DNA of 64,000 nt from an uncultured delta proteobacterium (GCA_963728565.1 CAVSLC010000023.1:192001-256000), one strand, 5' to 3'; positions 8,181-18,418 are shown, counted from the stretch's first letter. Translations and numbers: made by a program. The notes: a model not told the origin generated them from the sequence alone.

Positions 8181-10760
8181 ATGCCTGTATTGACTGAAGT
8201 CCAACAGAATGTTGAGGCTCCCGTAACCAGGCAGCAACGCGCGCTCGAGGAGTCCGATTTACTGTTACGTCTTTACCGAGCGCTCATCGAGAATCCCGAC
8301 CTATCTTCCGGCCTCCGCGCCGCTCTTGAAATCGTGTGTCAATTTACCGGTTGGGTTGTTGGAACCGCGTGGCTTCCTTCAGACGACGAAACAGAAATAA
8401 GGCTCTGCTCCTCGTGGCATGCAGACGATCCAAAGCTCGCCGAGTTTATTGGCCTTTGCCGGCAGCTGTCGTTTCCCCGCGACGTTGGCATCCCCGGCCG
8501 GGTTTGGCACCGCGGAAAAGATGAGTGGACGCGCGATCTGGCCGCTGAGCCTGCCGAACCGTTCCCTATGGCACCTGCGGCGAAACTTGCGGATCTCAAA
8601 GCCGCCTTCGCGGTTCCGATCACTCACGATGAGGACGTTGATGGCGTGTTGGTGTTCCATGCGCGCGAGGCGAAGGAGGAAGACGGACGTCTAACGCAAG
8701 TCGTTTCCACCATCGCAACCCAGCTAGGATTCGCGCTCCAGCACAAACGGCTCGAAGAAGAACTCTTGAAGCAGCAGGCTTTGGTCCGTCGAAGCCATGA
8801 AAACTTGGAAGAACAGGTTGAGCAGCGAGTGCGGCAGCAGGAGGCCGTAGTCGATCTTGGCCGCCAAGCCCTAGGCGGAGCGGACTTGTCAACGCTCATG
8901 CGCTCGGTTACCGAGTTAGTCGCCAAAACTTTGAGCATCGAGTTTTGCAAAGTGCTGGAGCTGCTGCCCGGGAATGACGCTTTTCTTTTACGCGCGGGGG
9001 TCGGGTGGAGGGAAGGGCTTGTCGGCCAGACAACCGTGAGCGCCGGCACGAACTCACAAGCCGGCTATACGTTGCTCTGCAAAGAGCCGGTGATCGTTGA
9101 AGATCTCCGGAAAGAAGCGAGATTTATCAGGCCGCCGCTGTTGCGTGATCACGCGGTCGTAAGCGGCATCAGCGTCATTATCGGACACAGCGATCATCCT
9201 TACGGAATTCTTGGAGCGCACAGCGCAAAGGCGCGGGCGTTTTCACAAGACGACATTCATTTCTTGCAGGCGATAGCTAACGTGCTTTTCCAAGTTATCG
9301 AACACAATCGCGACTTGGCAGAGATTCGGCGCAACGCCACCTGGCTGCAGCGTCTCATCGATACTACCCAAGACGCGGTTGTTTCCATCGACCGGCGCGG
9401 CTGTATCGTCTTGTTCAATGCCGCCGCGGAACGAGTGTTCGGCTACAGCGCGGACGAGATTGTCGGACGCAAGGTCAATGAACTGATGGCCGAGCCCTAC
9501 GCCACCGAGCACGACGGTTATATTGCCCGCTACGAACGGACCGGCGAGCCACGCGCCATTGGCCGCATCCGCACAGTGGAGGGACGGCGTAAGAGCGGCG
9601 AGACCTTTCCCCTCGAGCTTTCAGTGACGCAAGTCGCGACCGCTGAAAACGAAGAAGTTCACTACGCCGCTTTTATCCGGGATATTTCCGAAGTGAGACG
9701 GGGCCAGGCCTGGTTGCAGAGCCTGATCGAAACAACGCAAGATGCCGTCCTGTCCATCGATCGTCAAGGGCGGGTTGTTCTATTCAATCCGGCGGCTGAA
9801 CGGATATTCGGTTATCCGCGCAACGAAGTTATCGGAGAAAAGGTCAATATGCTCATGGCGGAGCCGTATGCTACAGAGCACGATGAATATATCGCGCGCT
9901 ACGAAAGAACCGGTGAAGCCCGCGCCATTGGCCGGATTCGAACAGTCAGCGCGCGGCGAAGTAATGGCGAGCCCTTTCCCATCGAGCTCTCCGTCACTGA
10001 AATATCAGTAGATCAAGAAGTGCATTATGCCGCCTTCATTCGCGACATCTCGGAGAAAACCAAGTTACAGAACCAGCTGATGGAAACCGAACGGCTGGCT
10101 GCCATCGGCAGCACGGCGGCTAAGATCGGCCATGAGCTCGCCAATCCGCTTAACGGAATGTCCCTGACGATTCAGCTGCTGGAGCAGCGTCTCAGCAGGC
10201 TCAGCGATAGCGCCGGGACTCAATTGACCCCGACTGTGAAAAGACTCAAGGACGAAATCTCCCGACTGCAGAAATTGGTCGGAGAGTTCGCAACAATCTC
10301 GAGAAAAGAAAAATATGTCCTTCGACCGATCAACCTGAAGCAACTAGTCGAAGATATTGTTGACCTACAAGCGCCCCATCTTGCGCAGAGCGGGATAGAG
10401 CTAAAGACTTCCGTACCTTTTGATCTGCCGGTCATCAGGCTCGATAGGGATAAGATGAAGCAGGCTCTGCTCAATCTGGTTAAAAACGCCGGCGAGGCGA
10501 TGCCTCAGGGCGGCAGGATCACCATTGATGCCTTTACGGCGGACGACGCAATCATACTTGAGATTACCGATACCGGAGAAGGTATTCCTCTGGACATCGA
10601 TGCGTTTGAGCCTTTTGTGACCACGAAGGAACAAGGTACCGGGATCGGATTGGTCATAGTTCGGCAAATCCTCGCCGCCCATGATGGAAAAATATCCTAT
10701 CGAAGTAAACCGGGAGAAGGAACTACCTTCCGGCTGGAGCTGCCGCAAGGATTGGGTTAG
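8181..10760 (+). CDS. Soluble sensor histidine kinase GAF-GAF-PAS-PAS-HisKA-HATPase with two FixL-like heme PAS domains
   Basis: No TM segments; two GAF domains; two PAS repeats with VN(E/M)LMAEPYATEHD(G/E)YIARYERTGE(P/A)RAIGRIRTV…FP(L/I)ELSV; H-box IGHELANPL; N, D and G boxes (NLVKNA, DTGEGI, GTGIGL). Confidence 0.95.
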   Translation: MPVLTEVQQNVEAPVTRQQRALEESDLLLRLYRALIENPDLSSGLRAALEIVCQFTGWVVGTAWLPSDDETEIRLCSSWHADDPKLAEFIGLCRQLSFPRDVGIPGRVWHRGKDEWTRDLAAEPAEPFPMAPAAKLADLKAAFAVPITHDEDVDGVLVFHAREAKEEDGRLTQVVSTIATQLGFALQHKRLEEELLKQQALVRRSHENLEEQVEQRVRQQEAVVDLGRQALGGADLSTLMRSVTELVAKTLSIEFCKVLELLPGNDAFLLRAGVGWREGLVGQTTVSAGTNSQAGYTLLCKEPVIVEDLRKEARFIRPPLLRDHAVVSGISVIIGHSDHPYGILGAHSAKARAFSQDDIHFLQAIANVLFQVIEHNRDLAEIRRNATWLQRLIDTTQDAVVSIDRRGCIVLFNAAAERVFGYSADEIVGRKVNELMAEPYATEHDGYIARYERTGEPRAIGRIRTVEGRRKSGETFPLELSVTQVATAENEEVHYAAFIRDISEVRRGQAWLQSLIETTQDAVLSIDRQGRVVLFNPAAERIFGYPRNEVIGEKVNMLMAEPYATEHDEYIARYERTGEARAIGRIRTVSARRSNGEPFPIELSVTEISVDQEVHYAAFIRDISEKTKLQNQLMETERLAAIGSTAAKIGHELANPLNGMSLTIQLLEQRLSRLSDSAGTQLTPTVKRLKDEISRLQKLVGEFATISRKEKYVLRPINLKQLVEDIVDLQAPHLAQSGIELKTSVPFDLPVIRLDRDKMKQALLNLVKNAGEAMPQGGRITIDAFTADDAIILEITDTGEGIPLDIDAFEPFVTTKEQGTGIGLVIVRQILAAHDGKISYRSKPGEGTTFRLELPQGLG

Positions 10761-10832
10761 GATTTTTGGCTGGCTTGGGTATTGCTCTACTTACATCCAT
10801 TGAGGAACTAATCTAAGAATCAGCCTAGCGCA

Positions 10833-10879
10833 TTTGCACAACTAAGATTTTTTTTAAATAGTTTCTCAGAACTGAGAAA
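10833..10879. promoter_or_regulatory. Tandem enhancer-like sites directly upstream of the NtrC-type regulator (autoregulation?)
   Basis: Perfect TTTCTCA-GAAC-TGAGAAA (10862-10879) and weaker TTTGCA-CAAC-TAAGAT (10833), 30 bp apart. Confidence 0.7.
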
Positions 10880-10892
10880 GTGGAAAGCTACG

Positions 10893-12239
10893 TTGACCGG
10901 GACAATACTAGTCGTTGAAGATCAAGAATCGGCGCGTGAAAGTTTAGTCGAGTTATTGAGAGGGGAGGGGTTTGAAGTTCATGCCGCCGCTGACGGCAAA
11001 GCCGGCATTGAGTTCGTCGATCAATACGATCTCGATGTGGTGCTTACCGATTTAGCCATGCCCCACGCCGACGGTATCGCCGTGCTGCGGCACATTCGTG
11101 AGATCTCGCCGCAGACATTGGTAATATTGATGACCGCACATGCTACGGTCGAGACCGCCGTCGAAGCCATCCGTCTCGGCGCCCAAGACTATCTGCTCAA
11201 GCCGCTTATTTTTGAAGATGTGCTGCGCAAAGTGCAGCATTTGATGAACCATCGGAAGCTTGCCTGGGAGAACCAGCTGCTGCGCCGCGAGATCAATACC
11301 CGCTTCAGTTCCGATCGGCCGCTCGGGCGCAGCCAGGCAATGCAGGAAATCGCCCGCTTAATAAAAAAAGTCGCGCCGGCTCCCACCACGGTTCTAATCA
11401 CCGGCGAGAGCGGCGTCGGCAAAGAAGTGGTTGCGCGCACGATTCACGCGCACAGCCGGTTCAGCGATAATGTGTTTCTGCCGGTAAACTGCAGCGCCAT
11501 TCCGGAAAATCTTCTCGAGAGTCAGCTGTTTGGACACGTTAAAGGCTCCTTTACGGGAGCCGTGAGTTCTCAAGAAGGCCTGTTTCAAAGGGCGCGCGGG
11601 GGCACGATCTTCCTCGATGAGATCGGCGAAATGCCGCTGACCCTTCAGCCAAAGCTGCTGCGCGTGCTCGAAGAAAAAGTAATTCTTCCGGTGGGCTCGA
11701 CAAATCCCGTCAAGGTCAATGTGCGCATACTGGCGGCAACCAATCGCGATCTCAATGCCGAAGTGGAAGCCGGGCGCTTTCGCGACGATTTATTTTATCG
11801 TCTGAATGTATTCGAAATCAATATTCCGCCGCTGCGCAAGCGGCTTGACGATCTGCCGGGGTTGGTGGAGCATCTTATCCAGCGCCACAACCAGGAGATG
11901 AACACGACCTATAAAGGCGTCGATAGCGCGACCATGCGGATTCTCATGTCGTTTCCGTGGAAGGGAAACATCCGTGAGCTCGACAACGTTCTGGAGCGCT
12001 CGATGATTCTGGGCGACGGCGAATGGATCAAGCCGTCGGAACTCCCTGGGCAACAAACCGACGGCGGAGAATTCAATTACGAGGATAGTCTCAGCGCGGC
12101 GCTTGATCTCTACGAAAAAAGCCATATCGAACGCACTTTGAATAAAGCCGGCGGCGACAAGATACGGGCGGCCGAGCTCATGGGATTGAGTCTCTCGACG
12201 CTTTACCGAAAGCTCGAAAAACTGGGTATCGAGAGCTAA
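10893..12239 (+). CDS. NtrC/AtoC-family sigma54-dependent response regulator (REC-AAA+-HTH)
   Basis: REC (VVEDQ…TDLAMP…MTAH…KP), Walker A GESGVGKE, GSFTGA (GAFTGA loop), FLDEIGE, RDDLFYRLNV, WKGNIRELDN, Fis-type HTH; TTG start. Confidence 0.97.
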   Translation: MTGTILVVEDQESARESLVELLRGEGFEVHAAADGKAGIEFVDQYDLDVVLTDLAMPHADGIAVLRHIREISPQTLVILMTAHATVETAVEAIRLGAQDYLLKPLIFEDVLRKVQHLMNHRKLAWENQLLRREINTRFSSDRPLGRSQAMQEIARLIKKVAPAPTTVLITGESGVGKEVVARTIHAHSRFSDNVFLPVNCSAIPENLLESQLFGHVKGSFTGAVSSQEGLFQRARGGTIFLDEIGEMPLTLQPKLLRVLEEKVILPVGSTNPVKVNVRILAATNRDLNAEVEAGRFRDDLFYRLNVFEINIPPLRKRLDDLPGLVEHLIQRHNQEMNTTYKGVDSATMRILMSFPWKGNIRELDNVLERSMILGDGEWIKPSELPGQQTDGGEFNYEDSLSAALDLYEKSHIERTLNKAGGDKIRAAELMGLSLSTLYRKLEKLGIES

Positions 12240-12386
12240 ACAGAGATCTCATTTCCCCGAACATCTTCAAGATCCAAAGGCGAGGCGATTGAGCGACAAC
12301 GAAGCATATGGATATTTTTCAGCAGCCCTGCTAGCCGCAAACTCCGGTTGTAGCAATAACCCAAGCGAAATGCCCGAACGGTAATC

Positions 12387-13748
12387 ATGCTTGCGGACAT
12401 TAAAACGAGCGCACTGCTGACCGATCTCTACCAGCTGACGATGCTGCAAGGTTACTTCGATCAGGGGATGAAGGAGACCGCGGTCTTTGAATTTTTCATT
12501 AGAAAGTTGCCGGCAAAGCGCAATTTTCTCATTGCAGCGGGACTCGAGCAGGCATTGGCGTTTCTCGAACAGGTACAGTTTTCCCCGGAGGAACTTGAGT
12601 GGATCGCAGGCTACGGCGCTTTTCGCCCCGCCTTTGTACGGCATCTGGAAACCTTTCGCTTTACCGGCGACGTCTATGCGATGCCGGAAGGAACCCTGTT
12701 TTTCCCCGACGAGCCCATCTTACGTGTGATCGCGCCCATCGCCGAAGCACAGTTGGTCGAAAGCCGATTGATCAATCTAATTCATTTTCAGACTCTGATC
12801 GCTTCAAAAGCGGCGCGCTCGGTGTTGACGGCGCCGGACAAGCTGCTGGTGGATTTTGGCTTGCGGCGCGCCCACGGGGCAGAAGCCGGATTATTGGCGG
12901 CGCGCGCGAGCTACCTCGCTGGTTTTGCCGGCACCGCGACAGTCATGGCGGCGCCGCTTTTCGGAATCCCGGTGTACGGCACGATGGCGCATTCCTTTGT
13001 CCAGGCCCACGATGATGAGGCCGCCGCCTTCGATCACTTCGCGCATTCATTGCCGGAGAACGTCATTCTGCTGATCGATACTTACGATACCGAAGCCGCT
13101 GCGGAAAAGGTCGTTCGTCTCGCGCCCAAGCTGATGCGCGACGGCATCAAGATCAAAGGGGTGCGGCTGGATAGCGGCGATTTGGCCGATCATGCATTCA
13201 AGGTGCGGCGTATTCTCGACCACGGTGGGCTGCAAGATACCACCATCTTTGCCAGCGGCAGCGTCGATGAATACATCGTTGAGCGCCTGATGCAGCAAAA
13301 CGCGCCCATCGACGGATTCGGCATCGGCACGCACATGGATACTTCCGCTGATGCTCCTTATTTAGATTGCGTCTACAAATTGGTTGAATACGCCGGCAGA
13401 GCGCGGCGCAAGCGCTCGGAAGGGAAGGCCGTGTGGCCGGGCCGCAAGCAGGTGTTTCGCCGCTACGGCGCAGATGGCGGCCTGCACGGCGACATCCTTT
13501 CGGTCGACGGCGAGCGGTTAGAAGGCGAGCCCTTAATCACAGCGGTGATGAAAGGAGGACGGCGCCTCTCACCGGCGGAGTCTTTGCAGCAATCCCGGCA
13601 GCGGGCGCTGGGGGAGCTGAAGCGTTTACCCGAGTCGCTCAAGAGTTTAGAAGCTGCGCCGGCCTATACGGTCACCGTTTCCGCAGCGCTGAAAAACCTC
13701 GCCGCCGAAGTTGACGCGCTCCAAGCCCATGCCTACGGTCGAGATTGA
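12387..13748 (+). CDS. pncB: Nicotinate phosphoribosyltransferase
   Basis: LLTDLYQLTM, DFGLRRAHG, GTMAHS, LIDTYD, GVRLDSGD. Confidence 0.95.
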   Translation: MLADIKTSALLTDLYQLTMLQGYFDQGMKETAVFEFFIRKLPAKRNFLIAAGLEQALAFLEQVQFSPEELEWIAGYGAFRPAFVRHLETFRFTGDVYAMPEGTLFFPDEPILRVIAPIAEAQLVESRLINLIHFQTLIASKAARSVLTAPDKLLVDFGLRRAHGAEAGLLAARASYLAGFAGTATVMAAPLFGIPVYGTMAHSFVQAHDDEAAAFDHFAHSLPENVILLIDTYDTEAAAEKVVRLAPKLMRDGIKIKGVRLDSGDLADHAFKVRRILDHGGLQDTTIFASGSVDEYIVERLMQQNAPIDGFGIGTHMDTSADAPYLDCVYKLVEYAGRARRKRSEGKAVWPGRKQVFRRYGADGGLHGDILSVDGERLEGEPLITAVMKGGRRLSPAESLQQSRQRALGELKRLPESLKSLEAAPAYTVTVSAALKNLAAEVDALQAHAYGRD

Positions 13749-13946
13749 GAGTCGCACCGGAGAAGAGCCCTCATCCGAACTTTGCCTGGGGGTTGCCGCC
13801 AAGCTTCGCGGTCTGGGTTGAATCGCCGTGGCGCAATCGTAAGCAGCCGCCAGTAGGCAAGCCGAACGTTGACGAATAGCAGAGTCGAGCGGAACGAGGC
13901 GAATTCAGAGTACCACGCTGGACCCCGGTAGTGTGTGGATCGGAAC

Positions 13947-14372
13947 TCACCGCGCCGTTTGCGGCGATTTCGCGACGAGCTTTCCAATCTGGGAGATTTC
14001 GTCTCCAAGCAGTGCGATGAGATCATCCATCGTGACGATTCCAAGAACGGTCTCCAGGCCGCCCATGATCGGTATCCGCCGAACGTGGTGCGTGTGCATC
14101 AGCGACAACACATCCCCCACGTCTCGATCAACGGAAATGCGCACCGGATCTCGGGTCATCACTTCCTCTACCATGGTGCTTAGCGGGTCTCTTTCTTCTC
14201 CTGTTACTTTCATGGCGATGTCACGATCGGTTAAAATGCCGCACATCCTATCGTGGCTCTCAACAACAAGGCAGCCGAGTTTTTTGTCCTTCATCAGCCA
14301 GCAAGCCTCTGCGATGCTCCTTTCCGGCGAAATAGTACTCACGCGCTTTTGGCAAAACGCTCGTAGAGACAT
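13947..14372 (-). CDS. CBS-domain protein (Hrp1/Rv2626c-like)
   Basis: GCLVV…GILTDRDI…VMTRDP…HVRRIPI…GIVTMDD. Confidence 0.9.
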   Translation of the reverse strand: MSLRAFCQKRVSTISPERSIAEACWLMKDKKLGCLVVESHDRMCGILTDRDIAMKVTGEERDPLSTMVEEVMTRDPVRISVDRDVGDVLSLMHTHHVRRIPIMGGLETVLGIVTMDDLIALLGDEISQIGKLVAKSPQTAR

Positions 14373-14392
14373 CGAGCACCTCCCTATTTCCT

Positions 14393-15166
14393 TCATTGTT
14401 CCTCGGGTGTTGGTTTGTCCGGGGCGATAAAATCTTTCTCTTCTTCGGTGCTCTCGGCTATGTCTTCGGTTCCAGGCGACTCTTGCCCGGCAGGGAGCAG
14501 CTCAGGCGCGGTTTCTTTGGAGCGGGCTTCACGCTCCCATAGCAGCTCTTCCACCTGAATTCGATCTACGATTTCAGTGATACCAAGAACATCTGTCACA
14601 ATCTTCAGCAGGATCTGGTGCTCGGCTTCGCTGGGAAGCGCTCCGGTCAGATAAACAACCCTCTTGCGGCAGACGATCCGCAGCTCTTCGGTATCGATTC
14701 GGCCGTCTTCCTTCAGATGGTCACGAATAACCTGGACCCACTCAGCGTCCTCGAGCGGGCTCAAATCTGGCGGGACCGGCGCGGTTGACGCAATCTCCGG
14801 TTCTTCGGCTGGAGCAGCGCTTGGTTGCTCGTCTCTCGCTGCGCAGTCCGTACAGCGCCGGGTTGCCGGGAGAGCGCGAAGCCGATCCACCGGTATGTAG
14901 TGGCCGCATGCTTCGCAGAGGCCGTAAACACCCGTGAGGATGCGTTGCAGCGCCGCATCGACTTCGCGCACCGCCCGCAAAGTTCTATCATCCAGGTGGT
15001 TCAGCACCCGTGCGGATTGTTCTTCTTGAGCATGCTCCTCCAATTCGCTTTCCCGTTCTGCGGCGATTGATTCCAGGCCCTCTTCGGCTTTTCTAAATGC
15101 TTCCAAGTAATGCTTGCGCTGCTTGCGCAACTCCTCGGCGAAGGTCTCGATAAGATTGTGTTCCAT
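14393..15166 (-). CDS. TraR/DksA zinc finger-BON domain fusion protein
   Basis: YGLCEACG…RLRALPATRRCTDC, then BON-like VVYLTGALPSEAEHQ…VLGITEIVDRIQV and an acidic tail. Confidence 0.85.
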   Translation of the reverse strand: MEHNLIETFAEELRKQRKHYLEAFRKAEEGLESIAAERESELEEHAQEEQSARVLNHLDDRTLRAVREVDAALQRILTGVYGLCEACGHYIPVDRLRALPATRRCTDCAARDEQPSAAPAEEPEIASTAPVPPDLSPLEDAEWVQVIRDHLKEDGRIDTEELRIVCRKRVVYLTGALPSEAEHQILLKIVTDVLGITEIVDRIQVEELLWEREARSKETAPELLPAGQESPGTEDIAESTEEEKDFIAPDKPTPEEQ

Positions 15167-15191
15167 ACATCACCTCTCGCTCATCAAGAGG

Positions 15192-15206
15192 GCAAACTAT
15201 ATGCCA
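15192..15206 (-). promoter_or_regulatory. sigma54 promoter for dksA-BON/CBS
   Basis: TGGCATATAGTTTGC, 25 nt before ATG 15166. Confidence 0.85.
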
Positions 15207-15338
15207 GTAGGCTGATCAACTGCGGGCCGTTATTTCCTCACTCGTATCCCGATCACTGAGTTTGAATTGGCTGCGCCCGCAAGGCGCTCGTTTCTCAGCT
15301 ACTGGCAATAACTGTGGGGCGACAGCAACTGGAAACTT

Positions 15339-15385
15339 TCGTCAGTGGTGAGAAGATTGGCGGCGCAGCATCGCAAAAATGAGAA
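15339..15385. promoter_or_regulatory. Tandem enhancer sites
   Basis: TCGTCA-GTGG-TGAGAA (15339) and ATCGCA-AAAA-TGAGAA (15370), 31 bp apart. Confidence 0.65.
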
Positions 15386-15678
15386 TCAGGTTTCCGTGTG
15401 CGAGACCAAAGCTGGACTGTCGGTGATTTCAAGTCAAAAGGGGCTTAACCAAACATCCGGCGTAAAATAGCCCACTCGAGCAGCGACCAGCTTAGAAAAA
15501 AGCGAAAAGAATCCAGTGAGCCGTCTACCGGCGGTTCGGCGCGATTTCCGCTTTTCGAATCAGAAGTGTCAACCCTGGCTGAGGCAAGTTGCTGTGCAGC
15601 CCATCCTCTTAGGCGGATTCCCGGATTCAGCAACCAACGCTCTTCACCGAGTGTTTTTCGAGCGTAAGAAAAGAACGT

Positions 15679-17307
15679 CTAAAGTTGGCGCAGTCCATGA
15701 GATGGTTCTCGCGCCTCGAAAATACGCCCGAGGCTATCCAGAACCTGCTGCGCGCCCTGCTCCGGATCGTTTTCGGTGCTCAAGATCATTCGCTTTGAAT
15801 CTGGAACCTCGCTTAATGGCGCGAACTCGTTGCGCTGGCGCAAATAAATGGCGGCCGTAGCGTCAGACACCGCGCCAGGCCGCCGCCGCCGGTTTTTCAG
15901 CCGTTCGAGAGTTTTTTCCTCGCTTGCTCGGCACTCCACAAACAGCACGGGTAGACACCTGCGGGATGACAACTCCAAAAATTGCTGCCGGTGTTGCTGG
16001 TCTTTGAACGTTGCGTCAACGATCACGCCTATTCCTGATTGTAAACACGCTTCGGCCTGTTTCAGGAGGGAATCGTAAGTGCGAGCATTGAACGATTCAG
16101 TGTACAAGCCTTTGCCATACTCCTCCGGCGAATGGAAGTTTAGTGGAATGCCCGCCAGCTGCTTGCGGACGACGTCGGAGTCAAGGAGTTGATAGCCCGT
16201 GCGAGCGCCGACAATCCCAGCTATTGTTGATTTTCCGGATCCGGCCAGACCGCAGACAATGACGATGGCGACAGGATAGTGATCGCTTGTATAGCGATAC
16301 GCAAGATGGAAGTAGCGACGCGCCCGCCGCTTAGCTTCCTCACGCTCGTCCTGGGGCACTTCGGGTTCGTTGGCTTTCAGCATTTCCACTTTGCCTCGGA
16401 CACACGCTCTGTAAGTTTTATACAACGGCAGAACGCGTAGGAGATCCGGATCTTTTGTGAAGTTCTGAAAGGACCTAACGAAATGGTCCGAGAGCACGGG
16501 GGCTCCGAGGTAATCCAAATCCATGGAGAGAAACGCAATCTCCGAGGCCGTATCGCAGTAGCGAAACTCCTCGCTAAACTCAATGCAGTCGTAGATTACA
16601 GGCTCCTGCTCAAGGCAGATGTGCTCGGCGCGGAGATCCCCATGTCCTTCTTTCACGCGACCATCTCGAAGTCTTGTCTCGAGAAGATCGCCATTGCAGG
16701 TCAGAAAATTTGCAGTGTAACCTCGGATGTCCCTAAATTCTTGCAAACTGAGGGTCTCGCCTATAAACGGCTCGAGCTCTTTCCCGTTTTGTTCTAGATT
16801 TCGACGAATCAGCTCCGGAGATCCGTATAGAGAAGCTTGATCGGTTGCCGCGGTCTCATAAAAATCGGCCAGCTTCTTTGCGATTCGCTCTAAGTCCTCC
16901 CGTCGAGCCCTGGCTTCCTCAATCATCCGGTCGAGGAAATATTCCTCGGGAAGGCGGCGCATTTTGACGGCATATTCGACGATTTTCTCTCGAGTTGCTG
17001 GAGATTCCCGCAGATTGAATCGTTCTCCGTCGTGTATGATGGCAACCACATTCAGATAAACCGTTGGTGCAAGTTTTCGGTTCAGACGGACTTCCTTGTG
17101 GCAAAAGCAGCGGCGCTTCTCCAGTGTCGAATAATCGAGAAACGCGAAACGGACCGGTTTCTTAACCTTGTAGACGTAATCGCCTGCCAGAAGCACGTAT
17201 GAGATATGGGTTTGCCTAAGCTCTACTGAGTCGGGGTGATGCGGGTAGAAGCCAGCATCCAGCATGGCTCGAATAAAAGGCGGCAGGGACGGAGATTCGC
17301 TGGCCAT
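15679..17307 (-). CDS. Aminoglycoside-phosphotransferase-like/AAA_33 kinase fusion (Rv2004c-like)
   Basis: THISYVLL…YKVKKPV…E.RLN…HGDL…DCIEF; C-terminal P-loop GLAGSGKST…SDVVRK…VDATF. Confidence 0.9.
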   Translation of the reverse strand: MASESPSLPPFIRAMLDAGFYPHHPDSVELRQTHISYVLLAGDYVYKVKKPVRFAFLDYSTLEKRRCFCHKEVRLNRKLAPTVYLNVVAIIHDGERFNLRESPATREKIVEYAVKMRRLPEEYFLDRMIEEARARREDLERIAKKLADFYETAATDQASLYGSPELIRRNLEQNGKELEPFIGETLSLQEFRDIRGYTANFLTCNGDLLETRLRDGRVKEGHGDLRAEHICLEQEPVIYDCIEFSEEFRYCDTASEIAFLSMDLDYLGAPVLSDHFVRSFQNFTKDPDLLRVLPLYKTYRACVRGKVEMLKANEPEVPQDEREEAKRRARRYFHLAYRYTSDHYPVAIVIVCGLAGSGKSTIAGIVGARTGYQLLDSDVVRKQLAGIPLNFHSPEEYGKGLYTESFNARTYDSLLKQAEACLQSGIGVIVDATFKDQQHRQQFLELSSRRCLPVLFVECRASEEKTLERLKNRRRRPGAVSDATAAIYLRQRNEFAPLSEVPDSKRMILSTENDPEQGAQQVLDSLGRIFEAREPSHGLRQL

Positions 17308-17545
17308 GGTTTTGTCTCCGATGAAAGCTGAAGTGCTTACTACGACGGACCAGACCAATGGACAAGGGAACCAAACGTACCCCAATCCAGATGCCGGAAT
17401 CTCGCCGCCTAATTTGTCAATGCAATCCTCTGCCGCACCAACCGGAGAGTTGCGCGAGTTTATTCTGTCTGAAGACAGCGTCTAAAGGGCTGGTCGTCCG
17501 CAGCTCTCCTATCACTGGAGGCCTGTGGCAACGCAAAACAAAAAC

Positions 17546-18208
17546 TTATGCGACGCTTTTCTCTTTTGACTGTTCTGCCGCGCTCACCGATTCCAAAACT
17601 GCAATAACTTGTTCATCCGTTACCTGGGAGAAATCGTCAAAGTATTGCCCCACGGCCATAAAATCTTCAGGTGTATCCAAATAAACTATCTCATCCGCAT
17701 ATCTCCTGATCTCCCTTAACGTCGAGACAGGAAGTACGGCAACCGCCCCCACCAGCTTAGCTGGACTTTGCTCCCGTATGGAGCGGAGTGCTGCGATCAT
17801 GGTGGCACCGGTGGCGATGCCGTTGTCGACAACAATGACGACGCGGCCCGTGGGATCGATAGGAGAACGGAGCGGCGTGTACCGAGAGCGGCGCCGACGC
17901 AGCGTTTGGAGCTGCTCTTCTTTTTCGCGGGCCACATACTGCGGGCTTATCTCCAACTCGGCTGCGGCATTCGTTAAGTACACCCGTCCTTTTTCGTCAA
18001 CGGCGCCAATAGCGAACTCCGGCTGTCCGGGCGCACCCAATTTGTGCACCAGCACGACGTCCAATTCGCCCTGGAGACCCTCGGCGATGATTTTCGCCAT
18101 AGGCACCGCCCCTCGGGGGATCCCTAACACCAGCGGCTTCTCCGCTTTGTACTTGGCCAGTTTTCGGACTAAGAGTCTTGCCGCGTGCTCGCGATTTCTA
18201 AATTTCAT
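17546..18208 (-). CDS. Phosphoribosyltransferase (Rv0571c/Rv2030c N-terminal-like)
   Basis: FRNREHAAR…LGIPRGAVP…KLGAPGQPEFAIGA…VVDNGIATGATM…AVGQYFDDFSQVTDEQV. Confidence 0.9.
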   Translation of the reverse strand: MKFRNREHAARLLVRKLAKYKAEKPLVLGIPRGAVPMAKIIAEGLQGELDVVLVHKLGAPGQPEFAIGAVDEKGRVYLTNAAAELEISPQYVAREKEEQLQTLRRRRSRYTPLRSPIDPTGRVVIVVDNGIATGATMIAALRSIREQSPAKLVGAVAVLPVSTLREIRRYADEIVYLDTPEDFMAVGQYFDDFSQVTDEQVIAVLESVSAAEQSKEKSVA

Positions 18209-18418
18209 AGCTATCTCCGTATGTGAATGCCTTGTCAGCCGGTACCGCATAGCCTTTAGCGCTGTACAAAAGCGCCTCATCAAAGGTTGCGGACCTGCAG
18301 GGAAACGCACGATCTCATCTATCCCCGGATCTGGTCATCACCTAGCCACGTGAGAAAGCCTTGTACGACCTTCAGCAGTCAATCTGTCGCTTTGATGACC
18401 ACTGCTGAAGTCAAATTC

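Noticed and set aside
17422-17435. sigma54-like CGGCAGAGGATTGC upstream of the Rv2004c-like gene
   Set aside because: GG-GC spacing is 9 rather than the required 10; not counted unless reads show an indel.
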